Positions 17,316-26,305 of a stretch of DNA of 64,000 nucleotides are shown here, one piece after another. Numbering within the stretch: the first letter of the stretch is position 1; every line of letters begins with the position of its first letter. Both the position numbers and the translations under genes were made by a program. The notes beneath the pieces are model-generated. The model was given only the letters and a program-made list of their open reading frames with translations, made no database searches and was not told the origin of the DNA. This stretch comes from an uncultured Candidatus Saccharibacteria bacterium (GTDB lineage Bacteria > Patescibacteriota > Minisyncoccia > Phycocordibacterales > UBA2100). The DNA is taken from positions 1,546-65,545 of the forward strand of contig CAZUVH010000005.1 of assembly GCA_964623775.1 (NCBI GenBank), given 5' to 3'.

Positions 17316-18812
17316 ATGGAAAAAACCGAAACACAATCAATGGAGCGACCCCCTATTGTGGTCATCATGGGCCACGTCGATCACGGTAAATCGACACTTC
17401 TCGATTTTATCCGCAAATCCAATATCGTTGCCGGCGAAGCGGGTGGTATCACGCAGCATGTCGCCGCATATGAAGTGGAGCGTGAGCGCGAAGGCAAGAC
17501 GAAACGCATCACCTTTATCGACACGCCCGGCCATGCCGCATTCGGGGCCATTCGCGCGCGTGGTGCCAATGTCGCCGACATCGCAGTACTCGTCGTCGCG
17601 GCTGATGATGGTGTAAAAGCGCAGACACTCGAAGCGCTCCAGCAAATCCGCGAATCAAACATCCCCTTCATCGTCGCGATCAACAAAATCGACAAGCCCA
17701 ATGCCGATATCAATCGCACGCAGGCGAGCCTTATGGAAAAAGAAGTCTTTCTCGAAAAGCTCGGCGGCGACACGCCGTGGGCCGCTATTTCAGCAAAGCA
17801 GGGCACCGGTGTCGATGAACTGCTCGATCTGATACTTATCGTCGCGGAACTAAATGAATACAAAGCTAATCCCGAAGTGCCCGCGAGCGGGTTCGTGATC
17901 GAGGCGCACCGTGATCAAAAGCGTGGCATCGCCGCGACACTCATCATCACCAACGGCACTTTGAAAAGCGGCATGGCAGTCCTTGCTGGCCGCGCAATCT
18001 CGCCCGTACGTATCATGGAAGATCATCGCGGCAAGACACTCAAGGAGGCCACCTTTTCTACCCCCGTGCAGCTCATCGGCTTCGACGTATTGCCGGATGT
18101 GGGTGCAGAGTTCAAATCGTTCAAAAAGAAGGGTGAGGCAGAGGCTGCCCGCCCTGCCCGACAAAAGGCACCTGACCTTGCAGTGGTCGACGAAAATAGC
18201 GAGCAGTTCGCGATGCCGGTCATCGTACGTGCTGATACACAAGGCTCGCTTGATGCTATCGAGCACGAGCTCGTAAAAATCGGCGACGAGCATACGCGCG
18301 TCTCGATCGTGCAATCCGGCCTTGGCGACGTCACTGAGGGCGACGCGAAAGCCGCGATGGCCGGAAAAAATCAGGCGGTGATTGTGGGCTTCAATGTCGG
18401 CATCGACCCAATCGCGCAAGATTATGTGCGTCAGCAAGGTATCCGCGTAGATTTTTTCGATATCATCTACAAAATGACGGAAAAATTGCAGGAAGTGCTC
18501 GAAGAAGCAACACCGAAGCGCGAGGTCGAGGAGGTCGTCGGACGCGTCAAAGTGCTGAAGCTTTTCTCGGAGCGTAAAGACGAGCGCACAATAGGTGCTC
18601 GTGCCGAAGAGGGTTACCTAACGAGAAAGGCGCTCGTGCGTATCATACGCCGCGGCACCGAAGTCGGTATGGGCAGGATCACGAATATCCAGGCCAACAA
18701 GCAGGACACTGGTCGCGTCGACGCCGTGACCGAATTCGGTGCGCAGATCGCCACCGACTTTGAAGTCGCGCCGGGCGATATACTGGAACATATCGTAACA
18801 ACGATGAAATAA
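17316..18812 (+). CDS. infB: Translation initiation factor IF-2, short form lacking N-terminal domains
   Basis: G-domain GHVDHGKSTLLD, DTPGH, NKID. 498 aa. Confidence 0.9.
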   Translation: MEKTETQSMERPPIVVIMGHVDHGKSTLLDFIRKSNIVAGEAGGITQHVAAYEVEREREGKTKRITFIDTPGHAAFGAIRARGANVADIAVLVVAADDGVKAQTLEALQQIRESNIPFIVAINKIDKPNADINRTQASLMEKEVFLEKLGGDTPWAAISAKQGTGVDELLDLILIVAELNEYKANPEVPASGFVIEAHRDQKRGIAATLIITNGTLKSGMAVLAGRAISPVRIMEDHRGKTLKEATFSTPVQLIGFDVLPDVGAEFKSFKKKGEAEAARPARQKAPDLAVVDENSEQFAMPVIVRADTQGSLDAIEHELVKIGDEHTRVSIVQSGLGDVTEGDAKAAMAGKNQAVIVGFNVGIDPIAQDYVRQQGIRVDFFDIIYKMTEKLQEVLEEATPKREVEEVVGRVKVLKLFSERKDERTIGARAEEGYLTRKALVRIIRRGTEVGMGRITNIQANKQDTGRVDAVTEFGAQIATDFEVAPGDILEHIVTTMK

Positions 18813-18816
18813 TTGT

Positions 18817-19143
18817 ATGGGCGACGAACATCGATCAATCAAAATAGCCGAAGAGATACAGCACCAGGCGGCAGACTTCTTTGCGCACGAAGCCAATCGC
18901 AACACTCTTATCACAATTACGCGCACCCAGCTCTCACCTAATCAGCGCGACATTACGATTTACTTTTCTGTGCTTCCAGCAGCTGAGGAGCAGCGCGCGC
19001 ACAGTTTTATAGAGAGAAAGCGCAATGACTTCATCATATATTTGCGCAGGCACACAAAAATCGGCATTTTGCCGAAAGTGTCATTTGAAATCGATTTTGG
19101 CGAAAAAAACCGCCAACGCATCGACGACCTGACTCGTAGCTAA
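18817..19143 (+). CDS. rbfA: Ribosome-binding factor A
   Basis: Immediately downstream of infB. RbfA-like ...ITITRTQLSPNQRDITIYFSVL. Confidence 0.7.
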   Translation: MGDEHRSIKIAEEIQHQAADFFAHEANRNTLITITRTQLSPNQRDITIYFSVLPAAEEQRAHSFIERKRNDFIIYLRRHTKIGILPKVSFEIDFGEKNRQRIDDLTRS

Positions 19144-19206
19144 AAGATTTGACATAATTTCTTTTCAATTATATAATATTCCTAGCGTTCGCAAAGGGAG
19201 CTGTCG

Positions 19207-19521
19207 ATGACAGAAGCAAGTGAAGTAGAGGCCTTGAAATCCAGGGTTGCCAGTGCTCTCAAGGTCGCGGAGTCGTTCGGAGCGTTCGACGGCGCCCACC
19301 ACAAGATGTGGGTGATCGACCAGATGGTCCGCACACTGACAGGCTGTCCCTTTGTTCAGAAAGAACGGCCGTATCGCGAGCACGGTGATCGTGGAAAGGA
19401 ACTTACCCACAAATACTCTACGCTTGGCGAGTCGCCCGAATATCTCGCTTTCGTCGCGAAGTTTGACGAAGACGACGAGGGCGAAAAAAACAATGGCTGG
19501 GATGTAGGCGTAGCGCCCTAA
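19207..19521 (+). CDS. Hypothetical protein, 104 aa
   Basis: RBS GGGAG. Strong terminator AGGAGGTCTCAAATTGAGACCTCCTTTTTTTT at 19525-19557. Confidence 0.5.
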   Translation: MTEASEVEALKSRVASALKVAESFGAFDGAHHKMWVIDQMVRTLTGCPFVQKERPYREHGDRGKELTHKYSTLGESPEYLAFVAKFDEDDEGEKNNGWDVGVAP

Positions 19522-19669
19522 ACAAGGAGGTCTCAATTTGAGACCTCCTTTTTTTATCGGCACTGGGACTCGGTAAAAATCACGAACACATCAACCGTCT
19601 TACGCATAAATAGAGCTGTTGGACATTAACTACATTATTCATACGCATATACGTACGTTTAATGTAGAC

Positions 19670-20233
19670 CTATGCGAGTCCAAACGTGTCGAGAAGCAGT
19701 TTATCGTTCTCGATGGAATCCACTATCAGATACTGCATGTCTTTACCGACTCGTAACTCAGCTTTTAGCAACGCCACAAAGTCCTCGCAATTGTGCGGGT
19801 ACACCCAGACACTGTGTTGAAGTCGATGAAAACCGTGCGAAACGAGCGAATGGCGGAGCCTGTCTCTTAGTCCTTTCTTACTGTTGGGTACATCAAATAT
19901 CAGAAGGCGCCATTTACCATCCCATTTTTTGGGCCGCGCAAGAGAGCCGGATGAAAGTTGGAGTCGAAGCAGTTCCTTCTCCCCTTTGCGCGTAAGCATG
20001 AGGAAGCCATCCTTTCTCGCAATTAAGCCCTGCTGTATCATGCGATTACGAGCTACACGAATCGATTCATCACGACGGCCAATTCGAATGAATCCCAGCT
20101 TATCAAGCGCTCCAATAACATTCGGAACTACGACAGCAAGACTGAGGAGTCCTGCGACCTTCACCGATTCGAGCAACATGAATTTTATATTCGCGCGCCT
20201 TGCTCTTTGTCTACTTTTCTCCTCGAGACTCAT
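19670..20233 (-). CDS. PaaX-like transcriptional regulator family protein
   Basis: C-terminal WDGKWRLLIFDVPNSKKGLRDRLRHSLVSHGFHRLQHSVWVYP matches the PaaX C-terminal pattern. Confidence 0.5.
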   Translation of the reverse strand: MSLEEKSRQRARRANIKFMLLESVKVAGLLSLAVVVPNVIGALDKLGFIRIGRRDESIRVARNRMIQQGLIARKDGFLMLTRKGEKELLRLQLSSGSLARPKKWDGKWRLLIFDVPNSKKGLRDRLRHSLVSHGFHRLQHSVWVYPHNCEDFVALLKAELRVGKDMQYLIVDSIENDKLLLDTFGLA

Positions 20234-20322
20234 ACATTAATTATACGCATGTGCTTTGTTTTAATGTAGTCATGTCTGTGGTCTAATCAATGGGGCAATT
20301 CGGTGGTATATTGTTCGCAATC

Positions 20323-20395
20323 GGCCACATGGCGAAGTAGCAACGCGGCGGTCTGCAAAACCGCTACTGGGTGGGTGCAACTCCCACTGTGGCCT
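20323..20395 (+). tRNA. tRNA-Cys(GCA)
   Basis: GGCCACA...GCGGTCTGCAAAACCGC...GTGGGTGCAACTCCCACTGTGGCCT. Confidence 0.75.
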
Positions 20396-20419
20396 CAAGT
20401 CAGTTATAGTAGTGCTAAA

Positions 20420-20502
20420 GCCGGGGTGGCGGAATGGTTTACGCAGAAGACTTAAAATCTTTGACCAGCAATGGTTTGTGGGTTCGAGTCCCACCCCCGG
20501 CA
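20420..20502 (+). tRNA. tRNA-Leu(TAA)
   Basis: GCCGGGGTGGCGGAATGGTTTACGCAGAAGACTTAAAATCTTT + long variable arm + GTGGGTTCGAGTCCCACCCCCGGCA. Confidence 0.85.
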
Positions 20503-20560
20503 CAGATTGAGCGGAGCGAAAGTTGAGCTGGGGAGCACAGCGTCTGCGCGCTGTGCGTGA

Positions 20561-20581
20561 CCGAGTCCCACCCCCCGCACA
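20561..20581 (+). repeat. 21-bp direct repeat of the tRNA-Leu(TAA) 3' end (20485-20505), one mismatch
   Basis: CGAGTCCCACCCCC(G/C)GCACAG twice, 76 bp apart. Palindrome GCACAGCGTCTGCGCGCTGTGC between the copies. Confidence 0.6.
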
Positions 20582-20590
20582 GAGCTCAAA

Positions 20591-21658
20591 TTACAGTTGT
20601 CGCGCTGACCTGCGAAGCGGGAGCGTGAAGTAGAGCGTTGTTGAGGGATTTCTCCCCGCGCGTGACTCCACTTTGATCTTCCCTTTATGCGCCTTGATTA
20701 TTTGGGATGCAAAATAGAGTCCGAGTCCGCGCTCATCCACCGTATCGCCAATTTCGGGCTGCATAAACATTTGCTCAAGATCCTTTTTTGCGACACGCGG
20801 ACCACGACTGGTCACCGACACGACAGCGCACCCGTCACGACTCTCGACGGTGACATCAACCACTGAGTCCGGCTCCCCATGCGAGAGGGCACTCTCAAGG
20901 AGGCGCATAATCACCTGCCGAATGCGTGGAGCATCAATATAGACGAAACGATCAAGTGTATCGTGCACGCGAATCAGACGCCTCTCCCACGCATTACTGA
21001 CGGTGGTCGAAGTGCTTTTTACAAGCTTGCCGAGATCCGTCACCGCGAGAGAGACGTCGGTCACTCCTTTTTCGTAGGAGCGAATATCCACGAGCGTATC
21101 TGAAAGGCCTCTCAATTTGGCGGTCTCTTCGCGCAATTCCATAGTCTCTGGCCCGCGTTTCCCTGCTCCGAGCGTCAGGAGCTCGCCGAGCACTGCTACT
21201 GAAGCGAGCGGCGTGCGCATATCGCGTGCGGCCATTTTAATAAATGCCGATCGATACTGCTGTACCTTTTTACTCTTGGTTACATCATCAAATATTTGCA
21301 CGTAAAGAATTCGGGAGCGCACCTTTATCGGGTATGTCGTCGTCCGGATATTGAAGAAGCGTCCGTTTTTCTTTCGATTAATTATTTCCTCCGAAATAAA
21401 CGGTTTCATTTTTTTAAGATGACTCCACATCAGTCGATATACCCGCTGCGGCGTTTTTCCGCTTTGCAGTATCCGCGGATTTTTCCCTTTTACTTCGCGG
21501 AAAGAATATCCAGTGATCTTTTCCCATGCGGGATTCACATACACTATTTCCGCCCTATCATCCGTCATCAGCGTGGGCCTCGGAGAGAGGTCGGCAAGTA
21601 TGCGAAAAGCGGCCACATCTTCATTTTGTTCAGACGTTTTCATGTTTCCTTTGGTCAT
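20591..21658 (-). CDS. PAS-domain sensor histidine kinase homolog (HisKA + HATPase_c). Phospho-acceptor His not conserved
   Basis: PAS region VNPAWEKITGYS. H-box region reads AARDMRTPL where HELRTPL is expected. GLGL G2 box present. Confidence 0.7.
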   Translation of the reverse strand: MTKGNMKTSEQNEDVAAFRILADLSPRPTLMTDDRAEIVYVNPAWEKITGYSFREVKGKNPRILQSGKTPQRVYRLMWSHLKKMKPFISEEIINRKKNGRFFNIRTTTYPIKVRSRILYVQIFDDVTKSKKVQQYRSAFIKMAARDMRTPLASVAVLGELLTLGAGKRGPETMELREETAKLRGLSDTLVDIRSYEKGVTDVSLAVTDLGKLVKSTSTTVSNAWERRLIRVHDTLDRFVYIDAPRIRQVIMRLLESALSHGEPDSVVDVTVESRDGCAVVSVTSRGPRVAKKDLEQMFMQPEIGDTVDERGLGLYFASQIIKAHKGKIKVESRAGRNPSTTLYFTLPLRRSARQL

Positions 21659-21668
21659 ATATCCACAG

Positions 21669-22970
21669 ATGCTGTCAACATACAGTATCGCTGGCGGCTT
21701 GCCACCAGTCTACATGAAATGTTCTAATGAGATCATGAATTTTATATCCGATCTTTGGTCGCTCGCTTACTATTTTATTGTTCAGGGTTTCGGGCTCGTT
21801 CTTGCCGGCGCTGCTGCCGTCATTTTTCTTTATCTCGTGCTCCGCAAGCATCACTCGCTCCAAAATACGCTACTTCTCAGCGCTTTTTTCGTGGGCGTCA
21901 TGCTCTTCTTCTGGTTCCCCGTCGGCGTACCGCGTAATCTGGCATACCCATTCGGCATCACCACCTACGGTCCGGCCGACGGCCCCATGCTCCCGATCAA
22001 AAACGTATTTACGTTTTTTGCAAATTTGGGCGATTTTGAGCGCGTCAAAGATATTGCGCGCGATCCGCGCGACGTACCACCACCTATTACACGCACGGCA
22101 CCTTCCGAGGTCGAGATCACTATCACTACAAAAGAGGTTCTCTCTGAAATTGCCCCTGGTGTCGTCGTAAATTACTGGACATTTGACGGTACGGTACCGG
22201 GGCCCTTCCTGCGCGTACGCGAAGGCGATACCGTACACCTGACACTCAAAAACGACCCGTCGAGCCTCCACATGCATTCGATCGATTTGCATGCAGTGAC
22301 AGGCCCTGGTGGTGGCGCTACCGTCACCGACATCAAGCCGGGCGAGAGCAAGACGATGAAGTTCAAGGCTCTCAATCCCGGACTCTACGTATATCACTGT
22401 GCGCACCCCAACGTCGCCAATCACATGGCGCACGGTATGTATGGCCTCATTCTCGTGGAACCGAAAGAGGGCCTGCCGAAAGTCGATAAGGAGCTCTACG
22501 TGATGCAGGGCGAATTCTATACAGCAAGCCGCGGCAAGAAAGGTCTGCAAGTGATTGACTCAGGGACAATGCTCGATGGCAATCCGTCGTTTGTCGTATT
22601 CAACGGCCGCGTCGGCGCGATCTCCAAAGACAGGCTTTCGGTCAACCAGGATGAAAAGGTGCGCATGTACGTGGGCAACGGCGGAGTAAATCTGATCTCG
22701 TCGTTCCACGTGATCGGCGAAATATTCGACACCGTGTACCCAGAAGCGCAAATGGGCGGAGCCAACTTCCACAATGTACAGACCACGATCGTACCCGCTG
22801 GCGGTGCAGCAATTGTTGAATTTACTCCGGAAGTACCGGGTAATTACATTCTCGTCGATCACGCGCTCGCACGCCTCGACAAGGGCGCCTGGGGCACCAT
22901 GAGCGTAACCGGTGAGCAACGACCTGATATATTCTTCGGCGATCCTTCGGGTGGCGGCAGCGGTCACTAG
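21669..22970 (+). CDS. nirK: Copper-containing nitrite reductase NirK-like (two-domain cupredoxin) with N-terminal membrane segment. Start uncertain (21669, 21714 or 21735)
   Basis: Type-1/type-2 Cu ligand blocks HMHSIDLHAV and YVYHCAHPNVANHMAHGMYG. Confidence 0.75.
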   Translation: MLSTYSIAGGLPPVYMKCSNEIMNFISDLWSLAYYFIVQGFGLVLAGAAAVIFLYLVLRKHHSLQNTLLLSAFFVGVMLFFWFPVGVPRNLAYPFGITTYGPADGPMLPIKNVFTFFANLGDFERVKDIARDPRDVPPPITRTAPSEVEITITTKEVLSEIAPGVVVNYWTFDGTVPGPFLRVREGDTVHLTLKNDPSSLHMHSIDLHAVTGPGGGATVTDIKPGESKTMKFKALNPGLYVYHCAHPNVANHMAHGMYGLILVEPKEGLPKVDKELYVMQGEFYTASRGKKGLQVIDSGTMLDGNPSFVVFNGRVGAISKDRLSVNQDEKVRMYVGNGGVNLISSFHVIGEIFDTVYPEAQMGGANFHNVQTTIVPAGGAAIVEFTPEVPGNYILVDHALARLDKGAWGTMSVTGEQRPDIFFGDPSGGGSGH

Positions 22971-23037
22971 GAAAAGTTTGCGTGACGCCTTTTGTGGTGT
23001 TAAAGTCCTGCCGGATCAAAATAGGAGGATTACTTCG

Positions 23038-23583
23038 ATGAGTGAACGAATTGAGATGCCACTGCCGCGGGATAAGATGGGCAGATGGGAGATTTGCCAT
23101 CTTGTACCGAAAGCAGCGGGCCGTCCCCACACCTACGAATTTATCGATTATCTCGCCACACAATTCGAGGTGGACGTAACGACTCCGGAAAATTTTTTAC
23201 TTCAAGTTGAGCTCGCATTTGGAGACCTCGGGAGAGGGACTGATGCATTCTCGGGTGCACCGATCCGGCACGAGGCAGTTGATCGCGTCCCCACAGTCGA
23301 GAGGTACGTGCGAATGGATCTCCCTGCGATCATTGATGTACTTTTTTCTCCCGAATATGCGGCGGCCATTAAAAAATGCCAAGAGGAAGTCCTCGCCGAG
23401 GCCAAGAGACTCGAGCCGATATTCAGCGTTGCAAAAAGACGAGAGCAGGAACAAATGGTCGATGCCCACCTGGAGTCGATCAATACTCCAAAGGGGCCAT
23501 CGAGACCCCTCACTGCCGCTCTTTCGAAGCCACGCAGACGAAAAGCGAAAAAGGTACGAAAGCGCACAAGGAAGAATAAGTGA
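23038..23583 (+). CDS. Hypothetical protein with lysine/arginine-rich C-terminus
   Basis: AGGAGG RBS + ATG at 23038. Confidence 0.5.
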   Translation: MSERIEMPLPRDKMGRWEICHLVPKAAGRPHTYEFIDYLATQFEVDVTTPENFLLQVELAFGDLGRGTDAFSGAPIRHEAVDRVPTVERYVRMDLPAIIDVLFSPEYAAAIKKCQEEVLAEAKRLEPIFSVAKRREQEQMVDAHLESINTPKGPSRPLTAALSKPRRRKAKKVRKRTRKNK

Positions 23584-23657
23584 TCTCAAGCGCCACCCCA
23601 TACGGGTGGCGTTTCTTTTTTGGAATGGTAGCGTTGACTCAGAAAAAGGAGTCTCAG

Positions 23658-24449
23658 ATGATAGTACGTGAGCTGAATAAATACTTGCGGTCACTCGTCG
23701 ACCTCCCATCGATCGGTGTCTGCCGTAGCGTTGATCGCATCATTGTCGGCAATTCGGAAATGGAAATCACCAAGGTCGGCGTGTGTTGGATGCCATACCT
23801 GTCGACACTGCGCAGGGCTCATGAGCTCGGTATCAATACACTCGTCGTGCATGAACCGACCTTTTACGAACACTGGGAAACCTCGCCACCCGCCCTCGCC
23901 GCAGAACGCGCCGAAAAGATGAAATTCATCTCAGAGTCTGGTATCGCGATCATCAGATGCCATGATGTGCTCGACGCGATCCCTGATTGGGGAGTTCCCT
24001 TCTCGCTCGGTAAGGCGCTCGGATTTACCAACGCAGACATTGTCCGTTCGCGTCGATATTTCAACGTCTACGGATTAAAGCAGCCGCTTCGGGCATACAC
24101 GGTGGCGTATCGGCTCGCAAAAAAGCTGCGTATTTTTGGGCAAAGGTATTCTCACTTCGCAGGAGACCCGGATCGTATCATCGAAAGCGTCGGTGTCGGG
24201 ACGGGCTACAACTGCGACCCGATCGAATACAAAGACATGGATGCAGGCCTGTACATTGCTATCAGCGATCGCGCGATGTCGTGGATCCAACCAGTCGCCG
24301 CGCAGGATTTCGGACAACCGCTCCTTGTCATCGAGCACGGCGTGAGCGAGGAGCCAGGAGTCATCGCACTCTACGAGCATCTTCGTGAGCGATTCAAAGA
24401 CATTGAATTCACTCACTTTGCCCAAGGCCATTCATATGCCTGGGTATGA
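23658..24449 (+). CDS. Nif3-family (DUF34) dinuclear metal-centre protein
   Basis: AGGAG RBS. Nif3-like N-terminus ...INTLVVHEP. Terminator GGCGCCGACCTTGAGGTCGGCGC at 24452-24485. Confidence 0.6.
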   Translation: MIVRELNKYLRSLVDLPSIGVCRSVDRIIVGNSEMEITKVGVCWMPYLSTLRRAHELGINTLVVHEPTFYEHWETSPPALAAERAEKMKFISESGIAIIRCHDVLDAIPDWGVPFSLGKALGFTNADIVRSRRYFNVYGLKQPLRAYTVAYRLAKKLRIFGQRYSHFAGDPDRIIESVGVGTGYNCDPIEYKDMDAGLYIAISDRAMSWIQPVAAQDFGQPLLVIEHGVSEEPGVIALYEHLRERFKDIEFTHFAQGHSYAWV

Positions 24450-24539
24450 AATTCGGCGCCGACCTTGAGGTCGGCGCTTTCTGTATTACAGGACCAGACT
24501 CTTTAAAAATCCTGATTTTGCGGTAATATCCTAAGTAAT

Positions 24540-24612
24540 CCGCCCTTAGCTCAGCTGGTAGAGCAGATCCCTCTTAAGGATAAGGTCGAAGGTTCGATCC
24601 CTTCAGGGCGGA
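24540..24612 (+). tRNA. tRNA-Lys(CTT)
   Basis: CCGCCCTTAGCTCAGCTGGTAGAGCAGATCCCTCTTAAGGATA-AGGTCGAAGGTTCGATCCCTTCAGGGCGGA. Terminator at 24623-24650. Confidence 0.8.
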
Positions 24613-24882
24613 CATGAATGAAAAAGAGTGCCTGCGCACTCTTTTTCTTTACATGTCCGAGCCGGAGCGATGTTCCACAAGCTTGCGGGACCGCGAGGAG
24701 GGGTCGCGGCCGAGGCGAGTGGCGACGAGCCGAGAGCCGTGACGACAGGTCCGAGGCGGAGCGTTGTGAGGCCAGCAGGCCGAACCGCGAGCCGTGGTCA
24801 GAAAATTTTTGCCGCGACGGCGGGCAAAATATCCGTGAGGGCACGTAAAGAAAAACCCCGCCTGTAAAGACGGGGCTTGGGG

Positions 24883-26175
24883 TTACACACACCGACGAAT
24901 GTACGGTGCATTGATTGCCCACAACTCATCGAGAATCTTGCGCGCGGCATCCATATCATCGACCACCGGGTCGACAAAGAGTGCCTGGAGCGCGAGTTCT
25001 TTGGAGCCGTGCACGGCGGCCTCGACTGCAAGCTGCTGATTACTGACAGCAGGAAGAAGCAATTTTGCGCATGCGTCCGGCAAAGTGCTGTTGAACGGAT
25101 ACGGATTGAAGCCCGTTGCATTCGGCAAAAGTGGTACTTCTACAGCCGCTTCGCGCGGTAGATTCGGCACAAATCCCGGACCGTTGTACACGACGCCGGA
25201 TTCTACGAGTTCATGCCGATTGTGCATGATGCCCGCGATGATGGGCGCGGCTTTTTCGCCCGTCGGCCGTTCGAGCCACGTCGCCGCATACGCAGCGTCC
25301 TCACTCGCGTGCTTGAGATACTTCGCGTATTTTTTCCGGTCACGTTCGTCTCTCCGGTAATCGTACCCGCTCCGACACCCTTCGCCTTGCCAGCCGTACG
25401 GAAGATATTCTCCCGTATGACTGTCGCCGCACGTGGGCCAATAGCCGAAGGTACGAAACAGCTCGCGCACGAGCCTCTGACGCGTGGGATCAAACGCGCG
25501 TTCCTTTTCTCGAAGCAGTGGATAGAGATCTTCACCTGTACCCTTGCGTGTAATGCTCAAGAGCCACTGAAAGTGGTTGATGCCCGCACCGTGTACCGCA
25601 ATCTCTTCGTCCGGTACGCCAGTGATTTCCGATATGAGCCAGCGGGAACCGAAAATACCGTGGCAGAGGCCAAGCGCCTTCACCTTTGTATATTTGCCGA
25701 GCGCACACACGATCCGCGATTCAGGATTCGAGAAGTTGATGAAATACGCACCTGCGGCCTGCCGCTCGATATCGCGAACAATATCAAACACCGCCGGTAT
25801 GGTCCGCATGGTAAAGAAGAGTCCGCCGGGACCGCCGTTTTCACCGAGTGACTGCCGTATGCCGTGTTTGCGCGGGACACGGAAATCGTGCTTCCATAAT
25901 TCGTTGCGATTGAGCGCGATCGAATTGATGACAAATTCTGCGCCGTCCAGTGCGAGGCGTCGATCGACCGTGTGCTCGATCCTCAGGCCTCGGCCTGTGT
26001 GGGCGTTCCAATGTCGCACCATCGCAGCCATTTGTTCAAGCTTCACTTTGTCCGTGTCGACAAGAGTGAGCGTGCTACCGCAAAAGTCGTCCGAGAAAAA
26101 AAAGTCCTTGAGCGACGGGCCGAAGCAGTTGCTCCCGACGCCGATCGCCACAATTTTCGTCCTTATATTCGCCAT
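24883..26175 (-). CDS. Glycoside hydrolase family 4 (NAD- and Mn-dependent glycosidase)
   Basis: N-terminal Rossmann KIVAIGVGSNCFGP. GGAGG RBS before ATG at 26175. Confidence 0.7.
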   Translation of the reverse strand: MANIRTKIVAIGVGSNCFGPSLKDFFFSDDFCGSTLTLVDTDKVKLEQMAAMVRHWNAHTGRGLRIEHTVDRRLALDGAEFVINSIALNRNELWKHDFRVPRKHGIRQSLGENGGPGGLFFTMRTIPAVFDIVRDIERQAAGAYFINFSNPESRIVCALGKYTKVKALGLCHGIFGSRWLISEITGVPDEEIAVHGAGINHFQWLLSITRKGTGEDLYPLLREKERAFDPTRQRLVRELFRTFGYWPTCGDSHTGEYLPYGWQGEGCRSGYDYRRDERDRKKYAKYLKHASEDAAYAATWLERPTGEKAAPIIAGIMHNRHELVESGVVYNGPGFVPNLPREAAVEVPLLPNATGFNPYPFNSTLPDACAKLLLPAVSNQQLAVEAAVHGSKELALQALFVDPVVDDMDAARKILDELWAINAPYIRRCV

Positions 26176-26305
26176 GTTTTCCTCCAATGGCCACTGCACT
26201 TACTATAGCAGCAGTACATGCCAGAGGACACGGGGCGCTCGACAATCGCTACGAAGAGGCAATAATACACAGAGGAAATAGACGTAAACAAGAGAGGAGG
26301 CGCGG

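Noticed and set aside
19165-19563. 132-aa minus ORF
   Set aside because: Antisense to the better-supported 19207-19521 gene, which has an RBS and terminator on the plus strand. It also runs through that terminator.
20270-20503. 77-aa minus ORF
   Set aside because: Lies entirely across the tRNA-Cys and tRNA-Leu genes.
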